A stretch of DNA of 46,319 nucleotides from an uncultured Bacteroidales bacterium (GTDB taxonomy: Bacteria; Bacteroidota; Bacteroidia; Bacteroidales; UBA932): positions 1 to 46,319 of the forward strand of contig ONPI01000010.1 in assembly GCA_900319685.1 (NCBI GenBank), written 5' to 3'. A program made the position numbers and the translations under genes. The notes under the pieces were generated by a model that saw only the letters and a list, made by a program, of their open reading frames with translations, had not been told where the DNA came from and made no database searches. Of this stretch, positions 1 to 8,290 are shown in pieces (position 1 is the stretch's first letter; every line of letters begins with the position of its first letter).

Positions 1-825
1 GCCAGCGACAACCTTGGGCAGGCTTTCCGCCGCTACGGATACCTCAGGGACCTGTCGAAGCAGATGAGCATACAGGCCGGAAAGATCCGCGCGGCGCAGG
101 ATACCCTCAGGCGCCAGACCGAGGAACTGGCCGTAATGAAGAAGCAGGCAGAGACCCTGAGGGGCCAGAGGGTTGCGGAGATGAGCAAGCTCCAGTCGGA
201 GGAAAGCGCTTCCCAGAACCTGGTCAACCAGTTGAAGAAGGACAAGAAGAAATACCAGCAGGACCTCGCCAAGAAGCAGAAGGAGGTGGAAGCCCTCAAC
301 AGGGAAATCGAGCGGCTGGTCCGCAAGGAAATGGAAGCCAGGAAGAAGAGCGAGGCCAAGAGCTCCGGCAAGTCCTCCACATCTTCGGCCCCAAGCAAAC
401 CTGTCGATTATACCCTTGCCAAGCAGTTCGAAGCCAACAAGGGCAAGCTTCCGTGGCCAGCTGAGGGTCCAGTTGTGGACCATTTCGGACAGCACAACCA
501 TCCGGTCTATACCAATCTCAAGCTTCCGTTCAACAACGGCGTGACTATCGCCCTCCAGAAAGGGACTGCGGTCAAGGCGGTGTTCGACGGCGAAGTACGC
601 CAGATCGTGGTAATGCCTGGCTACAACAAATGCGTTCTTGTCCAGCACGGCAACTATTTCTCGTTCTACTGTAAGCTCGGAAGCGTGAACGTCAAGTCGG
701 GCGACAAGGTGAAGACCGGACAGAAGATCGGAACCGTGGACACGATCGGAGACGAAACCCAGCTGCATTTCCAGATCTGGTCCGGACGCACTCCACAGAA
801 TCCTGAGGCTTGGCTCAGACCATAG
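1..825 (+). CDS. Murein hydrolase activator EnvC-like / M23 (LytM) peptidase family protein with coiled coil, 5'-truncated by the window edge
   Basis: Frame 1 is open from base 1. A long K/E/Q-rich coiled coil precedes an M23 domain (LPWPAEG...NNGVTI...VKAVFDGEV...HGNYFSFY...VKSGDKVKTGQKIG...LHFQIW). The Zn ligands look degenerate, as in EnvC. Confidence 0.85.
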   Translation, partial: ASDNLGQAFRRYGYLRDLSKQMSIQAGKIRAAQDTLRRQTEELAVMKKQAETLRGQRVAEMSKLQSEESASQNLVNQLKKDKKKYQQDLAKKQKEVEALNREIERLVRKEMEARKKSEAKSSGKSSTSSAPSKPVDYTLAKQFEANKGKLPWPAEGPVVDHFGQHNHPVYTNLKLPFNNGVTIALQKGTAVKAVFDGEVRQIVVMPGYNKCVLVQHGNYFSFYCKLGSVNVKSGDKVKTGQKIGTVDTIGDETQLHFQIWSGRTPQNPEAWLRP

Positions 826-827
826 GA

Positions 828-1253
828 ATGAAGCACGAAATCACCATATCCAACCTCCGGGACATCGGAAGGGCCGCGGAAGAATTCCTTTCGCAGGTAG
901 GGAACCATCGGATCATTGCATTCTATGCGCCGATGGGTGCCGGGAAGACCACCTTCACCAGCGCCCTGTGCCATTGCCTCGGTGTAAGGGACGATGCTGT
1001 CAGCTCGCCTACCTTCGCAATAGTCAACGAATACAGGACCGGATCAGGCGAGCCGATGTTCCACTTCGATTTCTGCCGCATCACTAAACCGGAAGAAGCC
1101 CTCGACATAGGATTCTATGACTATATCGACAGCGGCTGCCTCTGCATAATGGAATGGCCTGAGAACGTGGAGCAGCTGCTCCCCGATGAGACCCTACGCA
1201 TCAACATCAGCGTCAACCCGGACCAGTCCAGGACAATTTCCTGGGAAGACTGA
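828..1253 (+). CDS. tsaE: tRNA threonylcarbamoyladenosine (t6A) biosynthesis ATPase TsaE
   Basis: Walker A MGAGKTT, VSSPTF, HFDFxR and IMEWPE motifs. ATG at 828 lies just after the upstream stop. Confidence 0.93.
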   Translation: MKHEITISNLRDIGRAAEEFLSQVGNHRIIAFYAPMGAGKTTFTSALCHCLGVRDDAVSSPTFAIVNEYRTGSGEPMFHFDFCRITKPEEALDIGFYDYIDSGCLCIMEWPENVEQLLPDETLRINISVNPDQSRTISWED

Positions 1254-1273
1254 TCCCTCGGTGTTTTCTAAAT

Positions 1274-1346
1274 CTGGATGTGGCGCAGTTGGTAGCGCAC
1301 CTGGTTAGGGACCAGGAGGTCGCTGGTTCAAGTCCAGTCATCCAGA
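1274..1346 (+). tRNA. tRNA-Pro with anticodon AGG (A34); CCA not encoded
   Basis: Cloverleaf: acceptor CTGGATG/CATCCAG; D arm GCGC-AGTTGGTA-GCGC; anticodon arm CCTGG-TT AGG GA-CCAGG (anticodon 1307-1309); variable loop AGGTC; T arm GCTGG-TTCAAGT-CCAGT; discriminator A. C1:G72, A73, G35, G36 and G37 match tRNA-Pro. Confidence 0.93.
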
Positions 1347-1357
1347 CATCTTCTATC

Positions 1358-1390
1358 GAGGCCGTAGCTGATGCTGCGGCCTCAGTCTTT
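1358..1390. terminator. Hairpin between the tRNA and the convergent YifB gene, probable (bidirectional) terminator
   Basis: GAGGCCGTAGC-TGAT-GCTGCGGCCTC gives an 11-bp stem with one G.U pair, followed by AGTCTTT. Confidence 0.6.
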
Positions 1391-2947
1391 CCCTATCCTG
1401 TCAAGGAACCTGTACCCGGCGGCCTCCATGAGGAACTCGGGCCGGATCTCTTTCGATCCTGCAAGGTCAGCGATAGTCCTCGCCACTTTCAGTATCCTTG
1501 AATATGCCCGCGCGGACAATCCCAGTCTTTCTATAAGGCGCTCCAGCACTTCGCTGCATCCCGCATCCAGGGCGCAGAACCTTTCCAACTGGCGGTTGCT
1601 CATCTCGGCGTTCGTGAAGATCGCTTCGTCCCCGAACCTCAGCTTCTGGAGCATCCTCGCCTTGAGCACACGTTCAGCTACGGCACTGCTCGGCTCCCCT
1701 TTCTTTCGGTTTACGAGCTTCGCCGGATCCACCTGGCTGAGCCAGAGTTGTATATCTATCCTGTCCATCACTGGACCGGAGAGCTTCGACAGGTACGCAA
1801 ATCTCTGAGCCGGAGTACATCGGCACCGGTCTCCGGTGCCATAGTAGCCGCAGGGGCAAGGGTTCGATGCCGCGACCAACATGAACGAAGCCGGATATTC
1901 AAGTTTCGAACGGAGCCTCGAAATAGTCACCTTCCTGTCCTCCATAGGCCCCCGGAGCGCCTCCAGGACCGATTTCGGCATCTGGCCGAATTCATCCAGG
2001 AAAAGGATCCCATTCTGCGCCAGGGTCACCTCTCCGGGTCTTATGTCCTGCCCCGCCCCTCCTCCTATGACGGCTGGAAGCGATGCACTGTAATGCGGCG
2101 CCCTGAACGGTCTCGTCCGTATCAAACCTATCCTCGACGCCTTCATCCCGGCCACCGAATATATTTTGCTGGTCACTATGGATTCGTCCGTGGTCATCGG
2201 CGGCAGGATTCCGGGCATGGCCTTCGCCAGTGTGCTTTTCCCGCTTCCCGGCGGACCGACCATCATCACGTTGTGCCCGCCTGCGGCTGCTATTTCGAGC
2301 CCCCTCTTGGCCCCTTCCTGGCCTATGATATCCGAGAAATCAGGAACCTCGGATGCAGCCGGCTCCTTCTTCCGGGAGGCATTGCGGACAAGCTTGTGGT
2401 AGAGCCTTGTATTCCAGACCAGAAGATCGCTGCTGTCCTCCTGCTCCTCGAGGATACGGAGGACGTCGGTGAATGTCTCCACCCCGAATATCGAGAGCCC
2501 GCCGCACTCGGTCGCCTCCAGGGCAGACCTGACAGGCAGGATGCACCCAACCCTTCCCATGCCGGCAGCGAGGTCCGCGAAAGGAAGGGCCCCCGGCACT
2601 TCCCGGACCGATCCATCCAGACCTAACTCCCCCATTATCAAGTATTTCCCTATCCCGGGCAACTCTTTTTGGCCTGAAGCGGCGACAATTCCCAGTGCAA
2701 TCGGCAAGTCATACCCGCTGCCGTTCTTGTGCATATCGGCAGGAGCCAGGTTTATTACAATTTTCCTTCCCGGAATATGGAATCCGAGGGACTGGAGGGC
2801 CGTAATCGTCCGGAGAAGGCTCTCCCTGACCGCTGCATCCGCCAAACCTACGAGGTGGATTCCGATTCCGGAAGTTATGTCAACTTCCACGGTCACGGGG
2901 ACCGCTTCTATTCCGATGCATTTGGCACCCAGGATATTGATAAGCAT
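1382..2947 (-). CDS. comM: YifB/ComM family Mg-chelatase-related AAA+ ATPase
   Basis: N-terminal Lon-like domain (INLAPAD..K.GSGYDLPIA), GPPGSGKS, RPFRAPH, LFLDEF, NPCPCG and LSGPVMDRID. Start chosen at ATG 2947 (MLINILGA). Confidence 0.9.
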   Translation of the reverse strand: MLINILGAKCIGIEAVPVTVEVDITSGIGIHLVGLADAAVRESLLRTITALQSLGFHIPGRKIVINLAPADMHKNGSGYDLPIALGIVAASGQKELPGIGKYLIMGELGLDGSVREVPGALPFADLAAGMGRVGCILPVRSALEATECGGLSIFGVETFTDVLRILEEQEDSSDLLVWNTRLYHKLVRNASRKKEPAASEVPDFSDIIGQEGAKRGLEIAAAGGHNVMMVGPPGSGKSTLAKAMPGILPPMTTDESIVTSKIYSVAGMKASRIGLIRTRPFRAPHYSASLPAVIGGGAGQDIRPGEVTLAQNGILFLDEFGQMPKSVLEALRGPMEDRKVTISRLRSKLEYPASFMLVAASNPCPCGYYGTGDRCRCTPAQRFAYLSKLSGPVMDRIDIQLWLSQVDPAKLVNRKKGEPSSAVAERVLKARMLQKLRFGDEAIFTNAEMSNRQLERFCALDAGCSEVLERLIERLGLSARAYSRILKVARTIADLAGSKEIRPEFLMEAAGYRFLDRIGKD

Positions 2948-3026
2948 AGTTACAAGTTTATGGTCAAGCGAAGCAAAGATGACTGAAAGAATCGTCAATT
3001 TTCAAAAGAATGATAAATAATATGAG

Positions 3027-3034
3027 TATATTTG
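3027..3034 (+). promoter_or_regulatory. Bacteroidota sigma-A -7 promoter element
   Basis: TATATTTG matches TAnnTTTG, 24 nt upstream of ATG 3059 in an AT-rich divergent intergenic region. Confidence 0.6.
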
Positions 3035-3058
3035 TAAGAATCACCACATCTAAGGACC

Positions 3059-4774
3059 ATGGACAAGAAAGAAATAACCATTTTCTGCAAGAACGACGGG
3101 AAAAACCACAAGATCGAACTGGGCGGCACCTTGGAAGACCTTTCCAAGAAATGGTGCAGGACAGTCATCGACGAGAAAACAGGACAGAAGCTGGATGTGA
3201 TCGCAGCACTTGTCGACTACAAGCTCAAGGAACTGGAATACAGGCCGATGCTGTTCCATCAGGTCGAGTTCATCGGATTCAACCATCCGGATGGTCGGCG
3301 CTGCTATCTCCGCTCCCTCTGCTTTGTACTCCAGAATGCCATACGCGAACTGTACCCGGACAAAGTACTGGTTGTGGACCACTCCCTGCCGAGCGGCCTG
3401 TACTGCGAAATCCACGAGACGACCAAATTGGAAGACGGCCGCAAGCAGTCTTACTTCGTGACCGACGACGAACTTGACATGATCAAGGAGAAGATGAAGG
3501 AGATCATCGCCAGGAACCTTCCTTTCAAGAGGGTGAAGACCAACTCCGAGGAAGCGATGGAAATCTTCCGGAGAAACAACCAACCGCTCAAGGCAGAACT
3601 CCAGAAGAGCATCGGCACCTTCATCTGCAGTGTCTATTATCTCGACGGCAATGCTGATTCATTCCACGGTCCCCTTATTCCTTCAACAGGTTTCCTGAAA
3701 ACTTTCGACATCACTGCAATCGGAGACGGATTCTGCCTTCAGGGCCCTCAGATGACCGATTTCAACAAGGTAATGCCGATGAAGCGCCAGGCCAAGATCG
3801 GGTCCACCCTCAAGGACCATTCGGACTGGTGCTCCATTATCGGAATCGAAAGCCTGGGCAACCTCAATTCCGCCATAAAGGAAGGGAAGGCGATTGAAAT
3901 CATCAACTTGAGCGAGGCCCTCCACGAGCGCAACTACGCCAAGATCGCAGACAAGATCAAGGAGAGCTACAAGCGCATCGTTATGATCGCAGGTCCTTCT
4001 TCCAGCGGAAAGACTTCTTCTTCCCTGAGGATTGCGCTCCAGTGCAAGGTCCTTGGCCTCAAGCCTAAGGTAATCGAACTCGACAACTACTTCGTGGACA
4101 GGGACAAGACTCCTAAGGACGAGGACGGGAAATACGATTTCGAATCCCTGTATGCGATGGACCTGGATCTCCTCAACAGCCAGCTCAACGACCTGCTCGA
4201 CGGTAAGGAAGTGGAGATTCCTAAATATGATTTCAAGACCGGCAGCAGGACATACACCGGCAACAGGCTGCACCTGGAAGATAAGGACATCCTGATCCTT
4301 GAAGGCATCCACGCCCTGAATCCGGAGCTTACCTCCGCAGTTGACCAGTCCAAGATATTCAGGGTGTTCGCATCTGCACTCACTTCCCTGAACATCGACG
4401 AGAACAACAACCTCTCGACTTCCGACAACCGCCTCCTCCGCAGGATGGTCCGTGACAACCGAGTCAGAGGCATCAGTCCGGAAGACACCATCCTCCGTTG
4501 GAACAGTGTCCGTCGTGGAGAGAGCAGGAACATATTCCCGTACCAGGAGAATGCGGATGCGCTTTTCAACTCCGCCCTGATCTTCGAGCTCCCGATGCTG
4601 AAATACTATGCCGAACCTCTCCTGAGAAGGATTTCTCCAAGTTCTCCGGCATATACGGAAACGGTCAGGCTGCTGAAGTTCCTGGACTACATCGTAGCCC
4701 TTCAGCCTTCGGAGATCGAAGCGATACCTCCGACCTCGATAATGAGGGAATTCATTGGCGGACAGACTCTCTGA
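3059..4774 (+). CDS. Nucleoside (uridine) kinase family protein with an N-terminal ThrRS-like (TGS/editing-like) region
   Basis: N-terminus GRRCYLRSLCFVL...SLPSGLYC; C-terminal P-loop IAGPSSSGKT, ELDNYF, ILEGIHALN and RLLRRMVRD. Confidence 0.85.
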   Translation: MDKKEITIFCKNDGKNHKIELGGTLEDLSKKWCRTVIDEKTGQKLDVIAALVDYKLKELEYRPMLFHQVEFIGFNHPDGRRCYLRSLCFVLQNAIRELYPDKVLVVDHSLPSGLYCEIHETTKLEDGRKQSYFVTDDELDMIKEKMKEIIARNLPFKRVKTNSEEAMEIFRRNNQPLKAELQKSIGTFICSVYYLDGNADSFHGPLIPSTGFLKTFDITAIGDGFCLQGPQMTDFNKVMPMKRQAKIGSTLKDHSDWCSIIGIESLGNLNSAIKEGKAIEIINLSEALHERNYAKIADKIKESYKRIVMIAGPSSSGKTSSSLRIALQCKVLGLKPKVIELDNYFVDRDKTPKDEDGKYDFESLYAMDLDLLNSQLNDLLDGKEVEIPKYDFKTGSRTYTGNRLHLEDKDILILEGIHALNPELTSAVDQSKIFRVFASALTSLNIDENNNLSTSDNRLLRRMVRDNRVRGISPEDTILRWNSVRRGESRNIFPYQENADALFNSALIFELPMLKYYAEPLLRRISPSSPAYTETVRLLKFLDYIVALQPSEIEAIPPTSIMREFIGGQTL

Positions 4775-4781
4775 CCCTGAG

Positions 4782-7574
4782 TCAGATAACTTCCATGTCC
4801 CTGGACATCATCCATCCTTGGCGGCCATCCGCCAAGGATATGTTTTTCCATCCGCCCACTTCATCCAGGACCTTGACCTTGGTGCCCTCGTGGATGACGA
4901 AGAGGTCCTTGGCAGATCCGTCCCCAGGAGAACTCTTGACTGCAGACACAGGAGCAGTTACGATGGCATCGTCCGAATCCATGTAGTCCGACCTCTGCCA
5001 AAGCGAGAATCCAAGGGAAGCGAGAGATAGCAGCAGGAAGACTATTCCGCAATAGAAACCGGTGCGCCGCCTCCCGACAGAGGATGAGAGCAGGAACATC
5101 ACCGCCATTGCAAGCGCTGCCGCCAGGAAAACCAGGAACAGCACAGCCCATGCATCCGAGCCAAGGACATAGCAAAGCTTGCGTGCAATGCTCTTGAGGA
5201 TGAATTCAGGCACTGGTTCGATCTTGTCCTGGACGAATCCGTTGGCATATTCCAGGTTGAACCTGGCGTCTGAATATGATGGATCAAGCTTGAGCGCCCG
5301 CTCATAATATATAATAGCCTGCGGATAATTGCTCTGCTTGAAGAAAGCGTTTCCGATATTGTAGAAAAGGACCGGAGATTCCTTCCCCGATTCTGCTACA
5401 GCCTGCCAGATCACAGCGGCCTCGTAATAACGTCCGTCCGAATATGCAGCTACACCTGCATCCCAGAGGGAATCTGCCGGAGCTCCCGCGAAATCTTCCA
5501 CGGATATGTCAGGAAGGGCCTCCTCCTTAGGGGTAAGGACCGGAACGAAAGTGGACGATGAAGACGAAGAGTCCGATACGTTAAGCACCAGGGCTCCTTC
5601 ATTCTGCTGGGCGTTGGCGTTCATGGAAAGGCCGAGGCAAAGCAGCAATGCGATCACGGCCGCTCCTGCCCCATTCCTGGCCCGATGATGGGTCCTGTAG
5701 CTCGAATCGATGTCCGAGATGACCTTGACGGCACCGTCATAGTGGGTCTGCATCGCATCATGGCCCGCATCAGGGGAATAGCGGGCGAATTCACAGCTGT
5801 CCAGCAAGTCCGTGAAGGCCTTGGTGGTTTCTTCGCTCACCCCGCCTTCAGTAAGTGCAGCGGCGATGTTCTCTTTGCTCAGTTCCGACATATCCATGCT
5901 CAGTTTGTCCGAAGTGAATCCCAGAAGGGCCTTGTGGAGCTCCTCATAGAAGGCGGTATATAAGTTCTTGTCGAGATAGTCCCCGGCCTGCTTGAGACGC
6001 TTGCGGGCCATCTTGGTAGCTTTGCGGTTCTTGGTCAGGGCCACGTCCGCCTTCATCGCGGCAGCCTTCCTCAAAGCCAGGACGAGTGCAAGGGCTGCAA
6101 GGAGGAGAAGGGCGGTAAGTGCCCAGAAAAGCGGAGACAGGACGAAGAAGGAACCCTCCTTCCTGAAATAAGGTTTCTTCGTGGAGATGAAACGGATGTC
6201 GCCCGCGAGACTCTTGACGTCGCGGCGCTCCACGCCCGGGGATAGGACGGTGGAAGATGCGTCGGAAGCCTTTCCCTTGACTACCTTCAACTTCATCGGT
6301 TCGGTTTTCAAGGTCACGTATTTCCCGGCGTTGACATCATAGTATGAATATTCCACCGGCTCGATGGTGAATTCACCTGCACTGCGAGGGATGAACGGAT
6401 ATTCGAAAGTCTTGCTTCCGGAAGTTCCTCCTGTGCTCTTGTCGGTGTTCTCCGAAACCTTCGTGTCATATACTTCGAAATCCGGAGGGAAGCTGACCTT
6501 CGGATCCTCGAGCAGGGCCACGTTGCCACGTCCGGAGACTGTCAGGATGAGGGACGCTGCATCATGCGTCTTGAGTTCGTCGGATGTCAGGCGGGCGGAT
6601 ATCCCGAAATTGCCGACTCCGCCTCCGAAAGAGGCAGGCTGCCCGGCCGGGAGCGGATTGACCTTGACCCTCTGCGAAGGAGTGGTTATCCTCTTGCGGA
6701 TGGTCTTGTATTCGTCCTGGAAGAAGCTGTCGAAGACGCTGTTGGAAGAACCTGAACCCACCCTGACGTTGACGAGGCAAACAAGTTCGGCAGGGTCGAT
6801 GGTGATGGTCCCGGCCTGCTGAGGGATAAGTACGTAGGTCCTCAGTACCGCTGAACTGTAAATCTTGTCGTCAAAGCTCTCACGCTTGAACTCTATGTTG
6901 GTCGGAGCATAGGTCTCCTGACTCCAGAAACCATTGAAAGTCGGGAACTTGGCATTCTCAAACCCGGCTATGTTGACCCTCTGGTAAAGCTTCAGGGTTG
7001 CCGTGAGCGGCTCGCCGATGACGACCTCCGACCTGCTGAGGGAAAGCCTGAGGAACAGGTCACTGGAAGATATCTCCCCAGATGATGAAGCCGATCTGGC
7101 ACCCGAGGAAGAAGAGGAGCCCGACGAAGAGGATGATCCTGAAGATCCCGAAGACTGGGAACCGGAAGAACCGGATGATGAAGCGTCGGTCACGACCTGG
7201 ATCGAGACCGGGGATGAAGAAATCTGGTTATCTCCGACGGAGGCCGTGGCCACAGGTATCTGGAAGGTACCGGTGCCCTTCGGCATGAGGATGTAGGTAT
7301 ATGTCGTCTGATGTGAAGAGGTTCTCTTCCCGTTGATGATCTGGACACTGGAGGAAGTCCCCCTCTGAGGGCCCCAGACCAGTTGGAAATGATCTCCGGG
7401 AGCCCAGGAGAAATTGGAAGGGTTCTCCTCTCCGGCTATTACGAAAGTGACATTGAATTGTTCTTCCAAGCCTACGACGTTCGGGGCCTGCACCTTGATG
7501 GAATTCTGCGCAGACGAAATCACGGTCGCGAAGAGCAGCAGTGCTGCCGTATACAGGAACTTCTTCATATTCAT
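4782..7574 (-). CDS. batD: BatD-BatE fusion protein (BatD Ig-like repeats + TM + TPR + C-terminal SH3-like domain)
   Basis: Signal peptide, then BatD motifs (GPQRGTSSSVQIING, YVLIPQQAG, GGVGNF, FEVYD), then BatE-like TPR (YNIGNAFFKQ..AIIYYERALKLDP) and SH3 (LFVIHEGTKVKV..GWKNISLADGRQGW). ATG 7574 overlaps the batC stop (TGATG). Confidence 0.85.
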   Translation of the reverse strand: MNMKKFLYTAALLLFATVISSAQNSIKVQAPNVVGLEEQFNVTFVIAGEENPSNFSWAPGDHFQLVWGPQRGTSSSVQIINGKRTSSHQTTYTYILMPKGTGTFQIPVATASVGDNQISSSPVSIQVVTDASSSGSSGSQSSGSSGSSSSSGSSSSSGARSASSSGEISSSDLFLRLSLSRSEVVIGEPLTATLKLYQRVNIAGFENAKFPTFNGFWSQETYAPTNIEFKRESFDDKIYSSAVLRTYVLIPQQAGTITIDPAELVCLVNVRVGSGSSNSVFDSFFQDEYKTIRKRITTPSQRVKVNPLPAGQPASFGGGVGNFGISARLTSDELKTHDAASLILTVSGRGNVALLEDPKVSFPPDFEVYDTKVSENTDKSTGGTSGSKTFEYPFIPRSAGEFTIEPVEYSYYDVNAGKYVTLKTEPMKLKVVKGKASDASSTVLSPGVERRDVKSLAGDIRFISTKKPYFRKEGSFFVLSPLFWALTALLLLAALALVLALRKAAAMKADVALTKNRKATKMARKRLKQAGDYLDKNLYTAFYEELHKALLGFTSDKLSMDMSELSKENIAAALTEGGVSEETTKAFTDLLDSCEFARYSPDAGHDAMQTHYDGAVKVISDIDSSYRTHHRARNGAGAAVIALLLCLGLSMNANAQQNEGALVLNVSDSSSSSSTFVPVLTPKEEALPDISVEDFAGAPADSLWDAGVAAYSDGRYYEAAVIWQAVAESGKESPVLFYNIGNAFFKQSNYPQAIIYYERALKLDPSYSDARFNLEYANGFVQDKIEPVPEFILKSIARKLCYVLGSDAWAVLFLVFLAAALAMAVMFLLSSSVGRRRTGFYCGIVFLLLSLASLGFSLWQRSDYMDSDDAIVTAPVSAVKSSPGDGSAKDLFVIHEGTKVKVLDEVGGWKNISLADGRQGWMMSRDMEVI

Positions 7575-8290
7575 CACCAATTCTTGTCTTTCTGGCGGGA
7601 CTTCTGGAGCGCAGCCTTTTCCTTCTGGACCCTGTCGCTGGTCTCCTTTTCACGAGCCTGGATGGCCTTCAGCATCTGCTGGGCCTGCTGAGGGGATATC
7701 TTCGCCTCATCCTGAGGAGGTTGTTGCTGCTTCTGGTCGTCCTGACCCTGGTTCTGCTCCCTCTCCTGGTCGTTCTTGCCCTGGCTCTGGTTCTCGTCGT
7801 CCTGATTGTCGTTATGGTCCTTGTCCGGATCCTTGTTGCTCGATCCGCCTCCCTCTTTCTTCAGCATGGCGGTAGCATAAGCAAGGTTCTCCTTCGCCTC
7901 TACATCGCCTGGATTGCGCAGCAGGGACTGCTTGTAGGCCTCCACTGCCGCTTCCCAGTCTTTCTTCATGCAAGCCACATTGCCTAGATTGTAGTAATAG
8001 TCTGCGGCGTTCACCGATTCCGGTGCGGTATCCTTCAGCCGTTCAAGGGCCTTCCCGGCTTCTTCGTAGTTCTCCTGGCGGTAAAGGGCATCGGAAAGGT
8101 TGAAATTGGCGGCGAAAGAAGCCGTATCCTTGACCTGTGCCTTCCGGTACTCGATTTCGGCCTTCTGCCAGTTGCCCTTGTCGTAATGGCGGTTACCGGC
8201 ACGGACCTCCTTCCGGTCCACCTGCGCGGACAGGCAGAACGGCATCAGCAGCAGAGGCAATGCAACGGAATATCTGAAGCGGAACATCAT
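7574..8290 (-). CDS. batC: BatC TPR protein
   Basis: Signal peptide, TPRs (YYNLGN..EAYKQSLLRNPGD.EAKENL), Q/D-rich linker and C-terminal KNW. Position within the Bat operon. Confidence 0.85.
   Translation of the reverse strand: MMFRFRYSVALPLLLMPFCLSAQVDRKEVRAGNRHYDKGNWQKAEIEYRKAQVKDTASFAANFNLSDALYRQENYEEAGKALERLKDTAPESVNAADYYYNLGNVACMKKDWEAAVEAYKQSLLRNPGDVEAKENLAYATAMLKKEGGGSSNKDPDKDHNDNQDDENQSQGKNDQEREQNQGQDDQKQQQPPQDEAKISPQQAQQMLKAIQAREKETSDRVQKEKAALQKSRQKDKNW

Noticed and set aside
1280-1501. 73-aa ORF MAQLVAHLVRDQEVAGSSPV
   Set aside because: It is the translation of the tRNA gene, a common annotation artefact.
1274-2947. Possible integrated element at the tRNA or comM, both common integration hotspots
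   Set aside because: comM is uninterrupted, I saw no duplicated tRNA 3' end, and there is no integrase in the window.
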